64,000 nucleotides of DNA from Gammaproteobacteria bacterium. Its GTDB lineage: Bacteria; Pseudomonadota; Gammaproteobacteria; Eutrophobiales; Eutrophobiaceae. The stretch spans positions 2,592,001 through 2,656,000 of the forward strand of contig OZ244905.1 in assembly GCA_965221695.1 (NCBI GenBank), read 5' to 3'. Below are positions 61,258 to 64,000 of this stretch, in pieces (position 1 is the stretch's first letter; every line of letters starts with the position of its first letter). The position numbers and the translations under genes were made by a program. Below the pieces are notes generated by a model, which did no database searches, was not told the DNA's origin, and saw only the letters and a program-made list of their open reading frames with translations.

Positions 61258-62124
61258 ATGCGAAGATTGCCCGCTAAACTGATATGGTTCCTGTTGCTGT
61301 GGTGTACGCTGCCTGCAGCGATGGCATGCAGCCTGGCCGGGTTTGCCGAGCATTATATCCAGGCACAGCAGTCCCGGAGCATGGTCGATGACTGTTATTA
61401 TCAGCTTATTGACGATATGGACAAGGCGCGTGTGCTCCAGACCGATGTAATCAGTTTGCTGGATGATGCTTCCCGCCGCGCCGGTTACAAGGTGGGACTT
61501 ACAGATAGCAAAGTTCAGGAAATGTTCGGCATCGCCCGGCCCCTGGTTGGGGTTCTGTTTGAGAACATGCTGCTGCCGGACGGCGCCACGCTGGAACTGG
61601 CTTCCACTACCTCATTGCTGGTAGAGCTGGACCTGCTGGCACGGGTACGGTCGGCGGCAATCAATCAGGCCGGCTCAATCGAAGCTGTGGCAGAGCATAT
61701 CGATGCCATTTTGCCATTCATCGAATTGCCCGACGCGTTGTTCCAGTTGGACCGTGGCAACGGAGCTGCGTTGTTGATGGCGGGCAATGTGGGGGCCAGG
61801 TGGGGTGTGGTCGGCGCGCCCGTTATCGTGGATAATACCCGTGAATTGATCGAATCCCTTCCTGACATGGCCTTGCGCTTATCGGACGACAAAGGACAAA
61901 TCCTACGCACCGGCCACGGCAGTCAAATTCTTGGTCATCCATTGAACTCCGTGCTGTATCTGTTGAAGGAACTGCAACTCAGAAACGATACGATCAAACC
62001 GGGCGACGTGATCAGTCTGGGCGCCATTGGCGGACCGGTAAAAGCGGAACAAGGCCGGCGATACACGGCGCACTACCGCGGCTACGGCGCGACGGATTTG
62101 AGCGTTTCTGTCGTTATACAGTAA
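61258..62124 (+). CDS. 2-keto-4-pentenoate hydratase/FAH-family protein with an N-terminal signal-like segment
   Basis: 'GYKVGLT', 'FIELPD', 'LGHPL', 'GDVISLG'. Confidence 0.8.
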   Translation: MRRLPAKLIWFLLLWCTLPAAMACSLAGFAEHYIQAQQSRSMVDDCYYQLIDDMDKARVLQTDVISLLDDASRRAGYKVGLTDSKVQEMFGIARPLVGVLFENMLLPDGATLELASTTSLLVELDLLARVRSAAINQAGSIEAVAEHIDAILPFIELPDALFQLDRGNGAALLMAGNVGARWGVVGAPVIVDNTRELIESLPDMALRLSDDKGQILRTGHGSQILGHPLNSVLYLLKELQLRNDTIKPGDVISLGAIGGPVKAEQGRRYTAHYRGYGATDLSVSVVIQ

Positions 62125-62138
62125 GGCGCGCTTTATCC

Positions 62139-63128
62139 TTACCTGATGGCAAACGGGCGCGCGGGGGAACCGGTTGCGCCTTTGAACGGAATAGCGCCGA
62201 AGACAAAAGCGAATTCGTAGACTTTGTCTTCCAGCAGGGCGCTGAAATCGATGTTTTCCATGATGTAAATTCCATTTTCCACCAGGAATTTCTGGTGGTT
62301 GGGGGCAAATTGCGAGGGATCAGGTCCGGGGATGGTCTCAACGGCCCAATTGTCGGTCCCGACCAGGACAACCTGTTTGCCCACCACCCAGTCGCCGGCC
62401 CGGTCCGTCAGCCCCGGCACGCACTGGTTGAATCGAGCATTATCGGTCTTCCACAAGGTTCCCCAGCCGGTGTAATAGAACAACGCATCGCCGGGTTGAA
62501 TAACATCTTCATCCATTCCCTGCCGTGTCAACGCCGCGCGCAGGTCGGCAAGCGTGACTTCTTCTGTGCAATCCAGCATGTGTCCTTTATAGCCGGCGAT
62601 ATCGATCAGAATGCCGCGGGTAAAGATGGGCGTAACATGCTCCACGCCCAGTTTGCTGAAACCTCGCCCAGTGCCGATCTCGGCATGACTATGGCCGTTG
62701 TAATAGCGCACTTCGTTCAGGTCGCCCGGTTTCCCCAAGACTGTCGCCATGTGGCTGAGGGAGTCAAACTGAGTGCCGTCCTGGGTGATATGCCCGGCGA
62801 TGTAGTCTTCGTTCCAGGCCAGCCGGTTGTCCCCCAAGGGCCCCCAGGAAGTGGCGCCCGGCACAGTCAGAGTGTACTTGCGACGCTGCGGCGTCAGGTC
62901 GAACAAAGGCATGTCTTCCTCGAACACCCGGCCCATGTCGTAGATTTTTCCTTCTTTTATCAAACCGGCCGCGGCAAGAACCTTGTTCGGAGTCAACCTG
63001 TTCAGCGCGCCAAGTTGGTCATCCGCGCCCCACTCGGACGGCCACCATTTTTTCGTATCGTCGGCGGAATAAGTGATATGGGTCAACAGGCAACAACTGG
63101 CGATCGTCAAAACAATAGTTCTTATCAT
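62139..63128 (-). CDS. Metal-dependent cyclase family protein (KynB-like) with a signal peptide
   Basis: 'WGADDQLGALN', 'GTQFDSLSH', 'GTDNW', 'GATGSP'. Confidence 0.88.
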   Translation of the reverse strand: MIRTIVLTIASCCLLTHITYSADDTKKWWPSEWGADDQLGALNRLTPNKVLAAAGLIKEGKIYDMGRVFEEDMPLFDLTPQRRKYTLTVPGATSWGPLGDNRLAWNEDYIAGHITQDGTQFDSLSHMATVLGKPGDLNEVRYYNGHSHAEIGTGRGFSKLGVEHVTPIFTRGILIDIAGYKGHMLDCTEEVTLADLRAALTRQGMDEDVIQPGDALFYYTGWGTLWKTDNARFNQCVPGLTDRAGDWVVGKQVVLVGTDNWAVETIPGPDPSQFAPNHQKFLVENGIYIMENIDFSALLEDKVYEFAFVFGAIPFKGATGSPARPFAIR

Positions 63129-63262
63129 GATGGTTTCCCGGCAGAGATGGATCAAATTACAGTATAATGAAGGAAGCTGATTAACTACAGCACAAGCACG
63201 AGGATATTGGTACTCTGACAACTCCAGGATAGGTTTGTTAAGGCTTTACAAAAGAGGATGTA

Positions 63263-64000
63263 ATGACCAAACGCTACCAAGACAAGACGGTATTGATACT
63301 AGGCGGAACCAGCGGCATCGGCAGAACCACGGCCTTGCAGTTTGCGCTGGAAGGAGCCAATGTCGTGATCGGTGGACGCAATCAGGATAACGGCAACGAA
63401 GTGGCGCGTTCCATTGAGGCGATGGATGGCAACGGTCTGTTCGTGCAGACAGACGTCAGAGAAGCGGATGCCGTGCAGAATGTCGTGGACAGAACGCTGG
63501 AAACCTTCGGTGAACTTAACGTGGCCTTTAATAACGCAGGTCTGGCCGGCACCGGAAACAAAGTCGCCGACGAAAGCGAAGCGGACTGGCAGGATATGAT
63601 CGATACCAAGCTGAACGGTGTTTGGCGCGGTATGAAATGCCAGATACCCGCCATGCTTAAAAACGGTGGCGGCTCCATTGTGAATATGGCTGGCAACTGG
63701 GGTTTGGTAGGATTTCCCGCCTACGCGGCATATTGCGCCGCGGCACACGGCATCATGGGGTTGACCAAAGCGGCGGCCATGGAATATCCCAAGGCCGGGA
63801 TCAGGATCAACGCCGTCTGCCCCGGCGCGGTGGACGCGCCCATCCTGGATCGTATGACGGGCGGCAACGCGGGAATCAAAAGCAGTTTCGCTGAACAATT
63901 GCCCGTAGGAAGATTGTGCAGTCAACAAGACATTGCCGAAGCCGTGCTGTGGCTGGCTTCCGACGCTGCGTCCTATGTGAACGGCGTCGGCCTGGCGCTG
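63263..64000 (+). CDS. Short-chain dehydrogenase/reductase (truncated by the window end)
   Basis: MTKRYQDKTVLILGGTSGIG, 'FNNAG', YCAAAH in place of YxxxK, 'IRINAVCPG'. Not in the ORF track. Confidence 0.88.
   Translation, partial: MTKRYQDKTVLILGGTSGIGRTTALQFALEGANVVIGGRNQDNGNEVARSIEAMDGNGLFVQTDVREADAVQNVVDRTLETFGELNVAFNNAGLAGTGNKVADESEADWQDMIDTKLNGVWRGMKCQIPAMLKNGGGSIVNMAGNWGLVGFPAYAAYCAAAHGIMGLTKAAAMEYPKAGIRINAVCPGAVDAPILDRMTGGNAGIKSSFAEQLPVGRLCSQQDIAEAVLWLASDAASYVNGVGLAL

Overview
64 kb of a moderately GC-rich, probably Gammaproteobacterial chromosome (taxonomy inferred from gene content only). In order, the window holds: the tail of an ExbB/MotA-type gene, an actin-fold/FHA gene, two membrane-anchored vWA genes and two lipoproteins (1-4989); an amidohydrolase; and a 4.4 kb segment between two inverted copies of a 151-bp five-hairpin IS5-like MITE. 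That segment carries a TauE transporter, an Xre/RES toxin-antitoxin pair, a UxxC selenoprotein that the ORF track splits at its UGA, and a GST. Next is a ~36 kb N-heterocycle/aromatic catabolic region (about 11.1-47.5 kb) with a NicX-like dioxygenase, a NicF-like amidase, four molybdenum-hydroxylase large subunits, an LLM monooxygenase, hydrolases, a TonB receptor and a TcuA-like flavoprotein. It is interrupted by a putative defence islet (GIY-YIG, an AT-rich TIGR04255 + helical + ART-like three-gene operon, and an AAA-DUF4143 ATPase). The rest is mixed metabolic genes (ltaE, a TonB receptor, mtnA, phnW, a GMC oxidoreductase, yceI, a DASS transporter, a cyclase, an SDR). I saw no rRNA, tRNA, CRISPR array, integrase or transposase. 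All family calls come from recognising motifs by eye; no database searches were run. The top leads are the TIGR04255 three-gene cassette, the covarying five-hairpin MITE, the hidden selenoprotein and the multi-Mo-hydroxylase pathway.
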